Source of the DNA: Wallemia ichthyophaga EXF-994
Taxonomy: Eukaryota; Fungi; Basidiomycota
Length of the DNA stretch: 248,000 nt
Direction: 5' to 3'
NCBI RefSeq assembly: GCF_000400465.1
Contig: NW_008806276.1
Location: 20,001-268,000 of the forward strand
The position numbers were made by a program, and so were the translations under genes. Under the pieces are notes generated by a model. It worked only from the letters and a program-made list of their open reading frames with translations. It had not been told where the DNA came from and made no database searches. Shown here piece after piece: positions 25,953 to 38,803 of this stretch. Within the stretch, counting starts at the first letter, position 1, and the number at the start of each line of letters is the position of its first letter.

Positions 25953-26239
25953 TGGCGTGAGCTGAGATGTGCGCCAGAATATGCAAGGAGGAGAGACGGG
26001 TAGATTTGGAACTTTTATAGCACACTGAGCACTCTGAACAATTTTTACATCATTTGATTCATCTGATTTACGTGTACGACTTGATTCATTCAACTTGATC
26101 TCTATCTACGTGAGATATCTTCTAAATCATCGTCATGTTTTGTGATTTGTTGTGAAGTATGATGTCATGTAGTGTTTGATTACAACGAGTGAGAGAAAGT
26201 AAGAAAGGAGAAAGTCGTCAAGTGAGATGTGTCGTTAGC

Positions 26240-27265
26240 CTATTTATAATCATAGAACCCTTTCCCAGATTTCCTGCCAAAGTTTCCAGCCTGTACGAGT
26301 TCATCGAGGAGAGGGATATCCTTGACAATATCCTTGTCAATGCCAGTAAGCTCGCCTTGCTCTGAATATGCTTTTTCTTTCCAGCCTTCGAGAATATGTT
26401 TAAGAGTGTCCAAGCCTATAAAATCACAAAGTTGGAAAGGGCCCATGGGATGGCCAGCGCCGAGCATCATTGCAGTGTCGACATCTTGCACCGACGCGTC
26501 ACCTCTCTCGACCAAGCGAATAGATTCAGCGAGGTAAGGCACGAGGAGGCGATTAACGATGAAACCCGGGGTATCGGCACAAGCGACGGATTTCTTGCCG
26601 AGTTGGGTGATGAAAGTGTTGAGGCGATCCTTTGTGTCTTGGTTTGTGAAAGGGGTGGAAATCACTTCAACCAAAGCCATTTGAGGGACAGGATTGAAGA
26701 AGTGTAAACCAGCAAAAGATTTCTTACGTGATTCACCAACTAAAGCTGAAATTTCAGAAACGGAGAGAGACGAAGTGTTAGTAGCGAAGATGGTGTTAGG
26801 ACTTGCAAGCTTATCGATGGCAGCGAATAGATCTTGCTTAATGCGAAGATTTTCAATGATTGCCTGGAATTGTTAGTGAATAGACAAAGTCATGGATATC
26901 CAAAAACCCACCTCAATGACGATATCAGATTGAGATACGGCGATTGAAGGGTCAGTGGTTAGATTGAGGTTTGTGAGAGTGTTTTCAATGTAATCTTCCT
27001 GTTGCTGAACGCTCTCGGCAAATCTCTTCTTAGCAACACGTGCAAGGCCTTTCTTAACGATAGCATGACCGTTATCGATAGCTTGATTAGAGACATCAGC
27101 TAAAGTAACTGAATGACCAGACATTGCACTGGATTGAGCTATTCCAGCTCCCATTAAACCCGCACCGAATATTGTAACTTTAGTGTGTGATATTGGTGTT
27201 GTATGGAGTGTGCGTAGGTGGCTGGTTAAACCAATTAATCTACGTGAAGCAGATGATTGTAACAT
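26240..27265 (-). CDS. Mitochondrial 3-hydroxyacyl-CoA dehydrogenase
   Basis: GAGLMGAGIAQ Rossmann motif, DTPGFIVNRLLVP, GAGHPMGPF, GRKSGKGFY. Confidence 0.9.
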
Positions 27266-27520
27266 TTTTAAATTTAATTAGTTATATCTTTGTTGTTTCT
27301 GTGTGTAGGTTGGGTGTGTTGGGTGCACTCTTACAACCATCATCATCACCTGCGTCATTTGAAATTATTTGTTTAATCAGTTAATCAGTCAATCTGATAA
27401 TGAATCAAGATGGTAATGATCCCGATAACCCAGATATCTCAAAACAACCTCCCATTGGTTCAAGAGCAGCGCGTGAACAGCACCAAGAACAACGCGTACG
27501 ACAGCGAGGGTGGGTGAATA

Positions 27521-30088
27521 ATGACACGAAAAACACAACTAAGATCATTTCACAGTGGTCAAGTATACAGATCAGGTCCATTACAGCTAAATATCCCAAG
27601 GAAACCACCAGCACCACAACAACCCCGTCAATCCGGTGAAAGAGAGCGTCTACCCGTTCCATCACCATTCAATAACCCTCCAATGCGTACAACCGCTATG
27701 ACTAACCTCTTTCGTCACTCTCTATCTCGTTCTCGCAGTCCTATACCACAACAACAACAATCTCCTTCTCCTCTTTTTGCCAATGTTAGAAGCAGTAGCC
27801 AGAGGAGTTACACGAGCAATAGACCTGAAAACTTCCAAACACAGGCCACTCTCATCGATTCAGATAACGGTATTAACGGTAGTAGTCCAAACAGCAATCA
27901 CAGCAATCAGGGTCGAGCTGGTAGTCCGCAAAGCAGCTTCTCCAGTGGCAGAAGCAGCTTATCCAATAACAGGAGCAGCTCGAGTGAAGAAGAGAGAAGG
28001 CGGAGGATGCAGAGTGAGAGAAGTGCGGGCAGTGAAAAAAGTGCACTCAGCACCCTCGATAGAACAACCCAAACCAGCGAATTTCCTAGAGATAGACTCA
28101 CTGATATTGACTCAGTCAATCAGAAAGTAGACGGGCATGATAGAGACATACTCTTCGGAAATAACCCTCTCTTCAACGATATTGATAGCACTCCACTCGA
28201 TGACGGTGATATGTCAGCAGATAAGAGCATCCTTAGTGACAGAGAGAAGCGCATGTCCACCCAACTCATACAGAGCAGTCGCGCTACCCCTCCTCCATCC
28301 AACAAGCGCGAAAAGGGCAAAGGAAGAGTGAGAGGGGAGAGAAAGAAGGAGACGAATATGGATCCAGAAAGGGAGAAGGATATAGAGAAAGAAACAGAAA
28401 AGGAGAATAGCACTGTGGATAAAGCCCACCCCTCTACAGAGCCCACCGAGGACTTTGACAGCCTGGTCGCACCTACACCCCAACAAGCCCCCGCTTCAAT
28501 TAAAAAGAGAGCCCGTAAATCTGATACCAACGAGGTTAAGGAAAGAAAAAAGGCGCGTAAATCTGACAATAAAGAGGCAAAGAAAGCACGCAAGTCTGAA
28601 AACAAATCCAAGAAAATGCGTAAATCACGTGTGACAGAGGATGTAGATGTTAAAGCTGAAACTGATCAATCCCAGCAAGCCCAACAAACCCAGCCATCAA
28701 AGAAGAAGGAGGAGAAAAAAGAGAAGAAAAATAAGAAGGATAAGGCTGCAAGAGAATCCGATAGTCGTCAGGTTAGACGCAGGAGGGGTGGTGTCCAGGA
28801 GGTAAGATCTGATGAAGAAGACGAGACCAGGCCTAGAAAAAGCGAAAGCACAGTTTTCAAAGTACCAGAGTTACCAGCGAAACCAGTCAAACGTAAAAGA
28901 AAGTCAGCGATACGACATGCGTACAGAGATGGCAAAACACAAGCTGATGTGGATAGAGAAGATGCAGCAGCAGCAAAGGCAGCTAAAAACCTAGCGAGGA
29001 AGCGTAAGAAGGACAGACGAATTGATGACGAAGAGATGCATCTTTTCCACACAATCTCTCTATCAGACCAAACGACGATGAATCCATTCGCTCAAGATAT
29101 CGACAAAAAACATGAGGCTGTTGCTAGCAGGGCAATAGCGAAATCTCAACGACAAATAAACGAGATTGATGTGTTTTGGAATTTGCTCGTCAACGAGGTT
29201 GATGATGTAATTGATCAAACTGAGTCACGCACACTTTTGCACGATATCAGACATTTCAATGCACTCCTTGAGAAGGAGTTTACCGAGAAGGTGGGCAGAG
29301 GTCTTCTTGGTGTAATCACCTTTTTCACCTAACAATCCCCGCAGACGGTATGGTTTGAGTATTGCGTCGCTCTCAATGCTCGTTTGGCAACTGCTAAAGC
29401 GCAACAGAAGGATATGCGCAAACGGATCCTTGAGACCCAGAAGTCAATTGCACAAGTATCCAAGCAGATGGCTGGGGTGCAGCAGGATTGGACAGAGAGC
29501 AAGCTACATAGAGAAGAAATGAGCAAGTTGAATTTGTGGATGAATGATGTCCAGTCTCGCAGAATACCACTCGTGGCTGGAGAAGAGATGGATATCGACA
29601 AGAAGGCCAATGTGCAGCTTAAGCAAGAGGTGTCAGATATCTACTCAAGTATTGAGCTCATCCGAACAGTATACTCAGAGGATCCTGATAGCTTCGCTGG
29701 GAATGTACAGCGGTTTGGAAATACCCAAGATAACGCTGGGAAATGCAGGATGTATGGTGTCTTTGATGATGATGGGGAGACTCTACCGGCGGACGAGGAC
29801 TACGAAGACATAATTTATGAGATGGAGTGGGATAGCGCGGGTATTGTGGGAGATGGCAACATTGCAGCCGCGGAAAATGATCTAGATGAAGAGCAATCCA
29901 GCGACGAGGAGAGTATAGGCAGTGTTTCAAGCGAAGATGTCAGCATTGATAGTGATAGCGTGTTCGTGAGCGATGTAGGCGATGTGAGCGACGAAGAAAG
30001 CTCAAGGCAGGTTGATGACGATAGTAGAGTTGCTGCGACGACGGATAGCCCGAATTCGTCACCGTCGTCAGGACACAAAGATATCTAA
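27521..30088 (+). CDS. Unknown protein: long disordered S/K-rich N-terminus, C-terminal coiled coil and acidic tail
   Basis: 603-aa and 234-aa ORFs joined by an intron. Confidence 0.6.
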
Positions 30089-30377
30089 TACGTGAATGTA
30101 ATTTATAGTTTTATTTGCAGCATATTTTATAGCCAAAGACATAGCCATGGGTTAGATGGCCAGCTTATACAGAAGATATAAGGAGAGAAATTAGGGATTT
30201 AAATACCCACACACTCACTCACACCCACTCAAATCGCCGTTAATTATCAAATAATTTTTTACCTGAGAATCGACTTGTGAAAAATCCTCCTGAGATGCTC
30301 GCCTAGCAACGCTCACGTCCAGGTAAATTTGAAAAAAACGAGAAAAGGGATAAATATTGATATACGCACGCAGGACA

Positions 30378-30882
30378 GAATGCCAGCCAAGAACGTCACA
30401 CAAACCACCAACAAGGCCTTGTCAGCTCGCAAGCACACGCTCAAGGGTGGTCAAACCAACAAGAGTCGTAAGATCCGCACTCAAGTGCACTTCTACAAGC
30501 CAAAGACGTGAGTAGTGCGGGTATAGAGTTTGCGGGCTGTTTGCTCACCTAGATTCCTCGCAGTCTCCGTCTTCCAAGAGACCCAAAGTACCCACGTAAA
30601 TCAATTCCTTCTCGTGGCCAACTCGACCAATATCAAGTTATCCAGCTCCCAGTCAACACTGAGGCAGCTATGAAGAAGGTCGAGGATGACAACACTTTGG
30701 TCTTCACCGTCGACAGAAGAGCTAACAAGCGTCAAATCAAGGACGCTGTTAAGAAGTTATACGACGTTGACGCGGCAAAGATCAACACTCTCATTCGTCC
30801 TGATGCATCAAAGAAGGCTTTCATTAGACTCACTCCAGACCACGACGCCCTTGACGTTGCCAACCGTATTGGTTTGCTTTAG
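30378..30882 (+). CDS. RPL25: 60S ribosomal protein uL23
   Basis: [34 protein letters not shown]. Confidence 0.93.
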
Positions 30883-30942
30883 ATGGCTCTGGTTGTTTGT
30901 TTAACTAAAAGGCTTTTTGTTCATGCACGTGAATTAACATAT

Positions 30943-31726
30943 TTAATCTTGTCTCACTGGTATTTGGTGGAGTAATCCGAATCCAACGCCGCCTGAAGTA
31001 TTTAGACCTATTCTGATAATAAACGCCAAACTCACATCCCAATAAACCTTCCCCTCCCCATTGCCTGTTGGGTACTAGAACTACCTCACGCAGAGTATCG
31101 AAATCGAATGAGTAGACATAAAGCCTTAAAGGTTTATCTGTGTGCTGGTGTACGTGTTAATCTGTATCCTTCAATATCACCTACTCCTCACCATTTCCAC
31201 CAAATCATAGAAATCATTTTCTTGTCTGAGTACACCACCTGGCCATCCAATAACCCAATCACCGTATGGAACCAGACCAGCTGATTCTGCAGGACTTCCC
31301 GTGATAACTTCGAGTATATGCCAAACATTATCAAGTGCACTAGACATTGCCCTGTTTGCGTCACATGCTCTCAAAGTTAAACCGAGCAAACTGTCATCAA
31401 TTTCATTCCATTCTATTGAAGGGACTATCGATACGTCTGTTGAGCTTTAATGAGCCTGGAAATCCTCTAAATAACACCGCAAACCAACCTCTAAACGTCT
31501 GTCTCTTCGATGACCAGATTGTAATATTCACACGTCTATCCTTATGCTCCTGCACGATATCCTGCAAAGGTTTATCTGCCAATTCCTCTCCGTCGGCTGC
31601 CTCAGGCTTAGCGCACGTAATGAAATCGAAGAAAGGCTCAATTGATGCTTTAAACGCGGGTGAGTTACTCCTAACACGGACAACATGAAACCAAGTCTGT
31701 TCAATTGAGCTCGATTGATTTCCCAT
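30943..31726 (-). CDS. GRH1: GRASP55/65 Golgi reassembly protein
   Basis: MGNQSS myristoylation start, WHILEVITGSPAESAGL, WGGEGLLGC. Confidence 0.85.
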
Positions 31727-31781
31727 CGTTTTTTTATTCAATTCCTTGGTCGTTTCCTCTCAAGTGGACACAATCACAGCC

Positions 31782-34703
31782 ATGGCCACGCGTGCTAATC
31801 CACTAAAGAACAATGCCTCTAAATTCGCTTTCTTAACAATGCATCCTCCGCCTGGCTACGTTGCTGGATTGGGTAGAGGTGCTTCTGGTTTCACTACTAG
31901 ATCAGATATTGGCCCTGCAAGAGAAGCTGGCTCTATGGAAGATCCCGCTTCAGATTTACACTCAAATGCAAATTCAAAAGAAATTGAACCCGAGCAATTC
32001 CAGGATCCTGAGAATGAGACAGGTTTATTTGCAGGCACAGTTTATGACAGGGATGATGAGGAGGCTGATAAGATATACGATATGATCGACGATAAAATGG
32101 ATGAGAGGAGACGCGCAAAGAGGGAAGCCGCTGAGAAGAAATCTCAGGAAGCTCATTTAGCAGCTAACCCTAAAATCCAAACTCAGTTCTCCGATCTTAA
32201 ACGCTCTTTGGCTCACGTTAGCGAGGAAGAATGGGGCGCCCTCCCTGAAGCTGGTTCCCTTACCGGTAAACGTCGCAAGAACAACACTCGCAACGATGGT
32301 AAAAGTTATGTTGTTCCTGATAGCGTTCTCGCTGGTGCAAGAGAGAAAAACGAATTGAGCAGCTCAGTGGATGATGACGCTGGTGTTGCAACTCCCGCTT
32401 CCTCCGGAAATACCACAGATTTTCGTGAAATTGGTCAAGCTAGAGATAAATCCTTGTCTTTGCGTCTCGATCAATTGAGTGGTGCGAGTGGGAGTGGCAG
32501 TGCGAGTACTAGCGCTGGTACCCCCAGTAGTACTCAATCTAGCAATGATAGCTCCACCTTCACCCCTTCAACCTCAAACGCCACAGGGACATCAACCTCG
32601 GTTGATCCTAAAGGCTATCTATCCGGTTTGAACTCTGTTCAACTTAAATCAGACGCCGAGATTGGCGATATCAAAAAGGCAAGAGCTCTACTCGAGAGCG
32701 TCATAAAAACCAACCCAAAGCACGCCCCAGGTTGGATTGCTGCGGGTAGAGTTGAAGAAGTTGCCGGTAGACAAGCTGTAGCGAGAAAGGTCATTGCAGC
32801 TGGCTGTGACAACTGTCCGAAATCTGAAGATGTTTGGTTGGAAGCTGCACGTCTTAATATACCACAAGACGCAAAAGTCATCCTTGCCAACGCCATCAGT
32901 CACCTACCACAGTCAGTAAAGATATGGCTTAAAGCAGTCGATCTAGAGAACGATCCTAAATCTAAACGTAGAGTTTTGAGAAAGGCTATTGAGTATATAC
33001 CGAACAGTGTCAGGTTGTGGAAAGAAGCTGTAAATATGGAAGACGATCCACAGGATGCTCTCATCTTACTAGCACGCGCAACTGAGTTGATTCCATCATC
33101 AGTCGAGCTCTGGCTGGCGTTAGCTAGATTAGAGACACCAGAAAACGCCAAGAAAATTATCAACAAAGCACGCAAAACTATACCAACATCACATGAGATA
33201 TGGATAGCTGCTGCAAGACTACAAGAGCAAGTTGGAGCATCGAGCAATGATATTGATAAGCTGGTGAACAACGGTGTTGGATCTTTGAGATCATCAGGTG
33301 CTCTCTTATCGCGTGAACAATGGTTGAAAGAGGCTGAGAGAGTTGAGCAAGAAGGATCTCCGCTCACATGCGCAGCTATCGTAAAGGCTACTATTCATCA
33401 TGAGATTGAGGATGAAGATAAATATGCCGTTTGGATGGACGATGCTGATTCGTTGGAGGATAGAGGATCGATCGAGACTGCAAGAGCTGTCATTGCATTC
33501 GCACTCAAGGTCTTCCCTGAGCGCTCTAAGCTTTGGAGGCGAGCTGCTGAGCTAGAAAAGCAGCATGGGAATAGGTGGGTATCTCGTGTTGACTCAATCG
33601 CCAGGCTAACGAAGCATAACAGAAACACCCTCACAGATATACTCAAAACAGCTACACAAAATTGTCCGAAGGCAGAAGTACTCTGGTTGATGCTTGCGAA
33701 GGAACACTGGCTTGGTGGAGATGTGGACTCTGCTCGACAAGTCCTAGGTGATGCCTTCAACGCTAATCCATCCTCTGAAGCAGTCTGGCTAGCTGCTGTC
33801 AAGTTGGAAGCTGAAAATAACGAAATTAAGAATGCGAGAATGTTGCTCAATAAAGCAAGACTACAATCTTCCACTGAAAGGATATGGATGAAGTCTGCAG
33901 TCTTTGAACGACAGCATGGCAATAGCATCGAAGCATTGAAATGTGTAAATGAGGCACTCACAAAGTTTCCCACGTTTGACAAACTCTACATGATCAAAGT
34001 TGGTTTACTCGATGGTAATGTTGACGGCGGTGGTGATGATAATGGTAGTAGAAGCAACAACAAAGAGATAAGAGACACATTCGCAGCAGCGCTTAAGAAA
34101 TGTCCTCAATCACCCACACTATGGATACTGTCTTCACGATTCGAAGAAAAGATGGGCGTTATTATCAGATCGCGCGCACTGTTAGAGAAGGGTCGTCTCA
34201 TCAACAAAAACTGCGACATACTATGGGCAGAAGCTATTAGAGTGGAGGAGAGAGCGAATGCAGGAAATCAAGCAAAAGGATTACTCTCAAAGGCACTCCA
34301 AGAGTGCCAAACTTCCGGTCTATTGTGGTCTATTGCTATTTGGATGGAACCTCGACCATCTCGAAAGACAAAATCAGTTGATGCGTTACGTAAAGTGACA
34401 GATGATCCAACTATAATTGTCACAGTCGCTCGTATGCTTTGGATGGAAGGTAAGAAAGACAAGGCTAGGTCGTGGTTGAGTAAATCATGTAAAGCTGATC
34501 CAGACAATGGTGATCATTGGGCATGGTGGTATAAGTTTGAGCTACAAGATGGCACACAAGAAAATGCACAGAATGTACTGGAATCTGCTAAGCAAGCTGA
34601 ACCACATCATGGTGAAATTTGGCAGTCCGTAATTAAAGACGATGCTAATATCGGTAAAGCGTATAATGTACTAATTAAGCAAACGGCAAGCAAATTATCT
34701 TAA
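31782..34703 (+). CDS. PRP6: U4/U6.U5 tri-snRNP protein Prp6
   Basis: PPPGYVAGLGRGASGFTTRSDIGPAR, HAT repeats, AEPHHGE. Confidence 0.95.
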   Translation: MATRANPLKNNASKFAFLTMHPPPGYVAGLGRGASGFTTRSDIGPAREAGSMEDPASDLHSNANSKEIEPEQFQDPENETGLFAGTVYDRDDEEADKIYDMIDDKMDERRRAKREAAEKKSQEAHLAANPKIQTQFSDLKRSLAHVSEEEWGALPEAGSLTGKRRKNNTRNDGKSYVVPDSVLAGAREKNELSSSVDDDAGVATPASSGNTTDFREIGQARDKSLSLRLDQLSGASGSGSASTSAGTPSSTQSSNDSSTFTPSTSNATGTSTSVDPKGYLSGLNSVQLKSDAEIGDIKKARALLESVIKTNPKHAPGWIAAGRVEEVAGRQAVARKVIAAGCDNCPKSEDVWLEAARLNIPQDAKVILANAISHLPQSVKIWLKAVDLENDPKSKRRVLRKAIEYIPNSVRLWKEAVNMEDDPQDALILLARATELIPSSVELWLALARLETPENAKKIINKARKTIPTSHEIWIAAARLQEQVGASSNDIDKLVNNGVGSLRSSGALLSREQWLKEAERVEQEGSPLTCAAIVKATIHHEIEDEDKYAVWMDDADSLEDRGSIETARAVIAFALKVFPERSKLWRRAAELEKQHGNRWVSRVDSIARLTKHNRNTLTDILKTATQNCPKAEVLWLMLAKEHWLGGDVDSARQVLGDAFNANPSSEAVWLAAVKLEAENNEIKNARMLLNKARLQSSTERIWMKSAVFERQHGNSIEALKCVNEALTKFPTFDKLYMIKVGLLDGNVDGGGDDNGSRSNNKEIRDTFAAALKKCPQSPTLWILSSRFEEKMGVIIRSRALLEKGRLINKNCDILWAEAIRVEERANAGNQAKGLLSKALQECQTSGLLWSIAIWMEPRPSRKTKSVDALRKVTDDPTIIVTVARMLWMEGKKDKARSWLSKSCKADPDNGDHWAWWYKFELQDGTQENAQNVLESAKQAEPHHGEIWQSVIKDDANIGKAYNVLIKQTASKLS

Positions 34704-34817
34704 CAAGTTGATAAATTTGGTATACAATATTTAAAGTCAAGTGTTCAAATCAAAATTATTTATTTTCTTCAATGAGTAACTCATGTTACTCATGTTGCTC
34801 AATAGAAATAATTTATT

Positions 34818-37458
34818 TCAATTTCCGTTGGTGGATTGGTTAGCTTGTGTTTGCGTTGGGTGCGTTGGGGCTTGAGTTTGATTTTGTGCGTTGGCTGCCA
34901 CTTGAGCTTGAGCCTGTGCCTGAGCCTGAGCCTGCTGGTGTGCCAACAACTGCTGTCTCCAAAATGCAGCCAATTGAGGATTTGATGCCATCTGTTGAGC
35001 AGTTAAACCACCAGCGTTTGCTTGCTGTTGTTGTTGCAATTGATTTGGTTGTGGTTGTCTCACTTGCTGTTGTTGTTGTTGTTGTTGTTGTTGCTTCGCA
35101 AGCAGGGCTGCCAACATCTGTTGCTGACTCAATTGATTATTCGGTGCATTATTGTTGTTATTCTGACTTGCCATCAACTGCCTCATTTGATTGAGATGTT
35201 GTTGAGTTTTTGTCGACTGTAACAATGCATTCATTTGAGCTTGGGATGGTGGTTGGAGGGGATGTATTGGTTGCTGTGGTTGTTGATGTTGATGCTGTTG
35301 TTGTTGTTGCTGCTGGGCAAGCAACTGTTGAATTGCATTATACGTTGGGTTATTCGGAGGCAGCGAAGCGTTCCCATTCATTTGAGGAGTGGGGGGTTTA
35401 GGTGTAGATTGCGTGCTTTGCGTACTTTGCGCAGGTTGTTTAGACGCTCCCGTACCATTCATTGCTGAGTTGCTCTTCTGTAACGGCGTCGACTGCGCAT
35501 TCTGCTGAGAAGCTTTTCTTATCAAATGCTGAGCTACCTGTGGCTTTCCATTATTCTGTGCATTAGAAGCGTTCGAATTATTTCGCTGTAGCTGTTGCGC
35601 TTTGTTATTGGGATTAGGTCGAACGATTGTGTAATTTGGAAGTGGTGGTGGTGGTGCCAATGCTGCCTGCATCGCTGCATCAACGTGACTTGTAGGTGCC
35701 GTCAAATTATTGATATCATCTTCCGTGAGTAATGATGCACGATGTCGCATAAATCTGGGGTTTTTTATTATTATCACCTTTTCTTAGCACTCCTTACTTA
35801 CCTCTCATCGTAATCGTCTATCAACAGATTTTCACCTTTGTCACCAAATGTTGGTCCTAAGCCTTTGACATTCTTTGTATAAACCACATCCGCGTCATAC
35901 TTCTGCAACTCCCTCAACTTCCTCTCATCATCATCGAGGTTGCTGCTGTCATCATCGCCATAATCGATAAACGGATGGCGTCTGTCGAGTATTCTTCTAC
36001 CACCTCTTCCAATCCTCAACCTGAAAGTTCTTCTACCCATCTCACCATCGTCATCAATGTCATTAGGCAGTGCACGATAGAATTTAGAGCCAGGGAAATG
36101 GTTTGGTATAAGGGATGACTCTGTAAAGTCTTCCCACATTTGGTCTGCCTCTCGTTTAGCAAGTATATGTTTCTCGATGAGTGTAGCGATCGGTACAGAT
36201 GCTTTATCGTTATTAGTGTTGACAGAAGGCGAAGCGTTATTTCTCTTGTTGGGCAGCTTAGTCTCGACTTTAATTCTCTTTGGTTTGTGACCGGATAGCA
36301 ACTCATCATCAGCTTTTCCATCGTCAGGACCAACAACGCCAAGTTTCCTCTTGACGGTTCTAAAAGTATGTCGTAACTGTGATATACTTTTGTCCATATC
36401 AACAGCCTCAGCTTTCTTTTTCTCTCTATCGATAACCCTGACAACAAGCTGCTGAGCTGCGATGAGTTCTTTATGGAGCTTCTCCATTTTTTCAACCGAT
36501 TGTAGATCAGCCCTGCGTGTTTTGCGAACAGGCTTGACTTCTCTGCGTCTGAAACAAACATAAGGATCGCCATCATTGCTTTCGTCGTAGTTGAGCTGTG
36601 GGTGAATTGGTTTACCTTGCCGTCTGACTCGACGTGCACGCCAATGTTGATAGATAATCTGACCAAGCTTGACGAGGTTGTCAGGTGTAATTGTGAGCTT
36701 AAGAGGAGCAACGTTTGGGAAGTTGTCGAGGAGATCATGTTTCTTGAGATGTAATTGGAATTCTGAGAAGTCTGGGATTCTGGATAGGTCCTGCGTGGGT
36801 GTTAAAGAGGGATAAGGGTTTAAATTAGTGGAATAAAACGCACGGTATGGAGAGTAGGAGCAATGTCGTCAGTAACCTTCTCAAAAACACTCATAACCAA
36901 TTCAAAGAGATTGTCGTCGATGAGTATGTCATTGTTCTTCTTCTCATCCTTACTACTAGCGTCTGTGGAAGTACCCTCACCTTTGACCGCCTTATTATGC
37001 TCCTGGATGAACTTATAATCTCGTTCATCGATTGTATACACTAAACCACCCAATTGAGCTTCTTCGATTGTGTCGCTGTACTTGATATAGGACCAGGCGT
37101 CAGGGTACTGGTTCGGCTTGTATAGCTGATAGTAATTAGTGACTCTGCCTGTAGCATCCGGGGTTGGAATGATACCCAAAGAGTCATCTTGAGGGGTTGA
37201 AAGAGCATTTTCATCAACAGAATCAGCTTTATCATTATTGGAAGCAGATTGAGTAGTGTCATGTGAAGGCTTAGAACGAGCATTCCTCTTTTGAGACGCG
37301 TTTATCGCGTTTTGAAGGTGAGTCTCTTCAGCCTCAGCCGAGTCAACACCGGTGGTAGCCTTCGACTCATCATCAAAGGAATAAGATTCAGCGATAAATT
37401 GAGGTCTTTTAACGATTTGTAGCCTACTTCTGGCTGTAATTTTAAGTCTTCTGGACAT
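34818..37458 (-). CDS. EPL1: Enhancer of polycomb (NuA4 subunit)
   Basis: TTGVDSAEAEETHLQ, IPTPDA, FRLRIGRGGRRILDRR; Q-rich C-terminus. Confidence 0.85.
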
Positions 37459-37752
37459 GGTGATAAGTGATGTGCTGTCAGTGTGGCCAATAATAGAAAT
37501 CCACAAAGACGACTCGTATAATCTAATTTAGATTTAATTTAAATTATTATTTCTTGTTTTTTTACGCTGCTTTGTGGCATCCACTGACGCCGGAATCGGT
37601 CAAATTTGTTGAGCGTGAATTGTTAATTTAAAATTCGTAAAAACTAAAGGAGGAATAAGAAGATTAAATTTATTTATTAGAGTTCTATTTTGTTGTTAGT
37701 GTGTTTAGATATATATATAAATACCCTTAAAACCCACACAATAGAATCATCA

Positions 37753-38785
37753 CTACCGCCTACTCCTATCCATCCTTTTAAGCGTCTCTTTGGCCTTCTT
37801 CCTCTGGCCATACTCCTGTCCACGCTCTGCTTGAAGTTCGTTATACTTACGCTTAGCGTACCTTTGTCCATCCTTATCCTCGAGTGCTTCATTGATGAAT
37901 CCTTTAGCGTTCCTCCTCGCTTTAGCATCTTCTGCGCCATCTGCGAGTGAATCTCCTGCGTTCCTACCCGGCAATATTCTCCCGATGGCAAAATGTTTCG
38001 GTAATTTCTGCTTACCGCCTTTGTAGAAGCGTTTAGGGTCGAGAGAGTTGCGTAATTGGAGTGCCTCTGCTTCACGTCTCCACTGTGGAAGGAGTGCTGA
38101 AGGTGGAGCAGGTAAATCGAACCAATCTTTCCCGGCGGTGGATTCTTTCGACTGTTTTTTCTATGTTTAGAAGGAAACTAATGGCAATATAACATCAACT
38201 AACCTCTTTCAACTGCCTCCTCGATGGCTTTGTACCTGCATCATGTGCTGGTCTACTAGACATAGCCGCAGAAGCCCCGTTCAAAGCATTTTCTGTTTGT
38301 TTTTCAATGGCAGATATCTGATTGTGGTTGTGTGAGTTGTAATATACCTCATAACCCTCCAACACACCTCCAATTCACGCTTCTTGGGCACTGTCTGCTT
38401 AAAATTATCAGATTTTCTTTGAGATGGCTTGAGCGGGGGGAGTGTGTTTAGATTGTAGCTGCTGGTGAGCGTTGGAATAGGTCTGGCAGGGAATGTGAGT
38501 CTGAGCGAGATCTCTGCTTGGTAGATGAGCTCACTGCTTTGACTCCTGAGCCGCGTCATCCAGCTTGACCAAATCATCGTTGAGATTGAGATGATCGTTA
38601 TTTGTGTTGGACAGGTTTGTGCGGGCGCTGTTGAGAAGATGGGAGAGATGGGAGTTGTTATCGTCGTTGTTATCGTCGTCGCTGCTGTTGCTGACATCGC
38701 TGCTGCCGTCGCTGCCATCGCTGCTGCTACCACTGCTCACGCCGCTCTCATCTCTCCTCAGAATCGCTTCTGACATGGTAGACAT
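37753..38785 (-). CDS. FCF2: Fcf2 pre-rRNA processing protein
   Basis: KDWFDLP exon and YAKRKYNELQ C-terminal motif. Confidence 0.7.
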
Positions 38786-38803
38786 TCACCAACCAACATC
38801 CTA

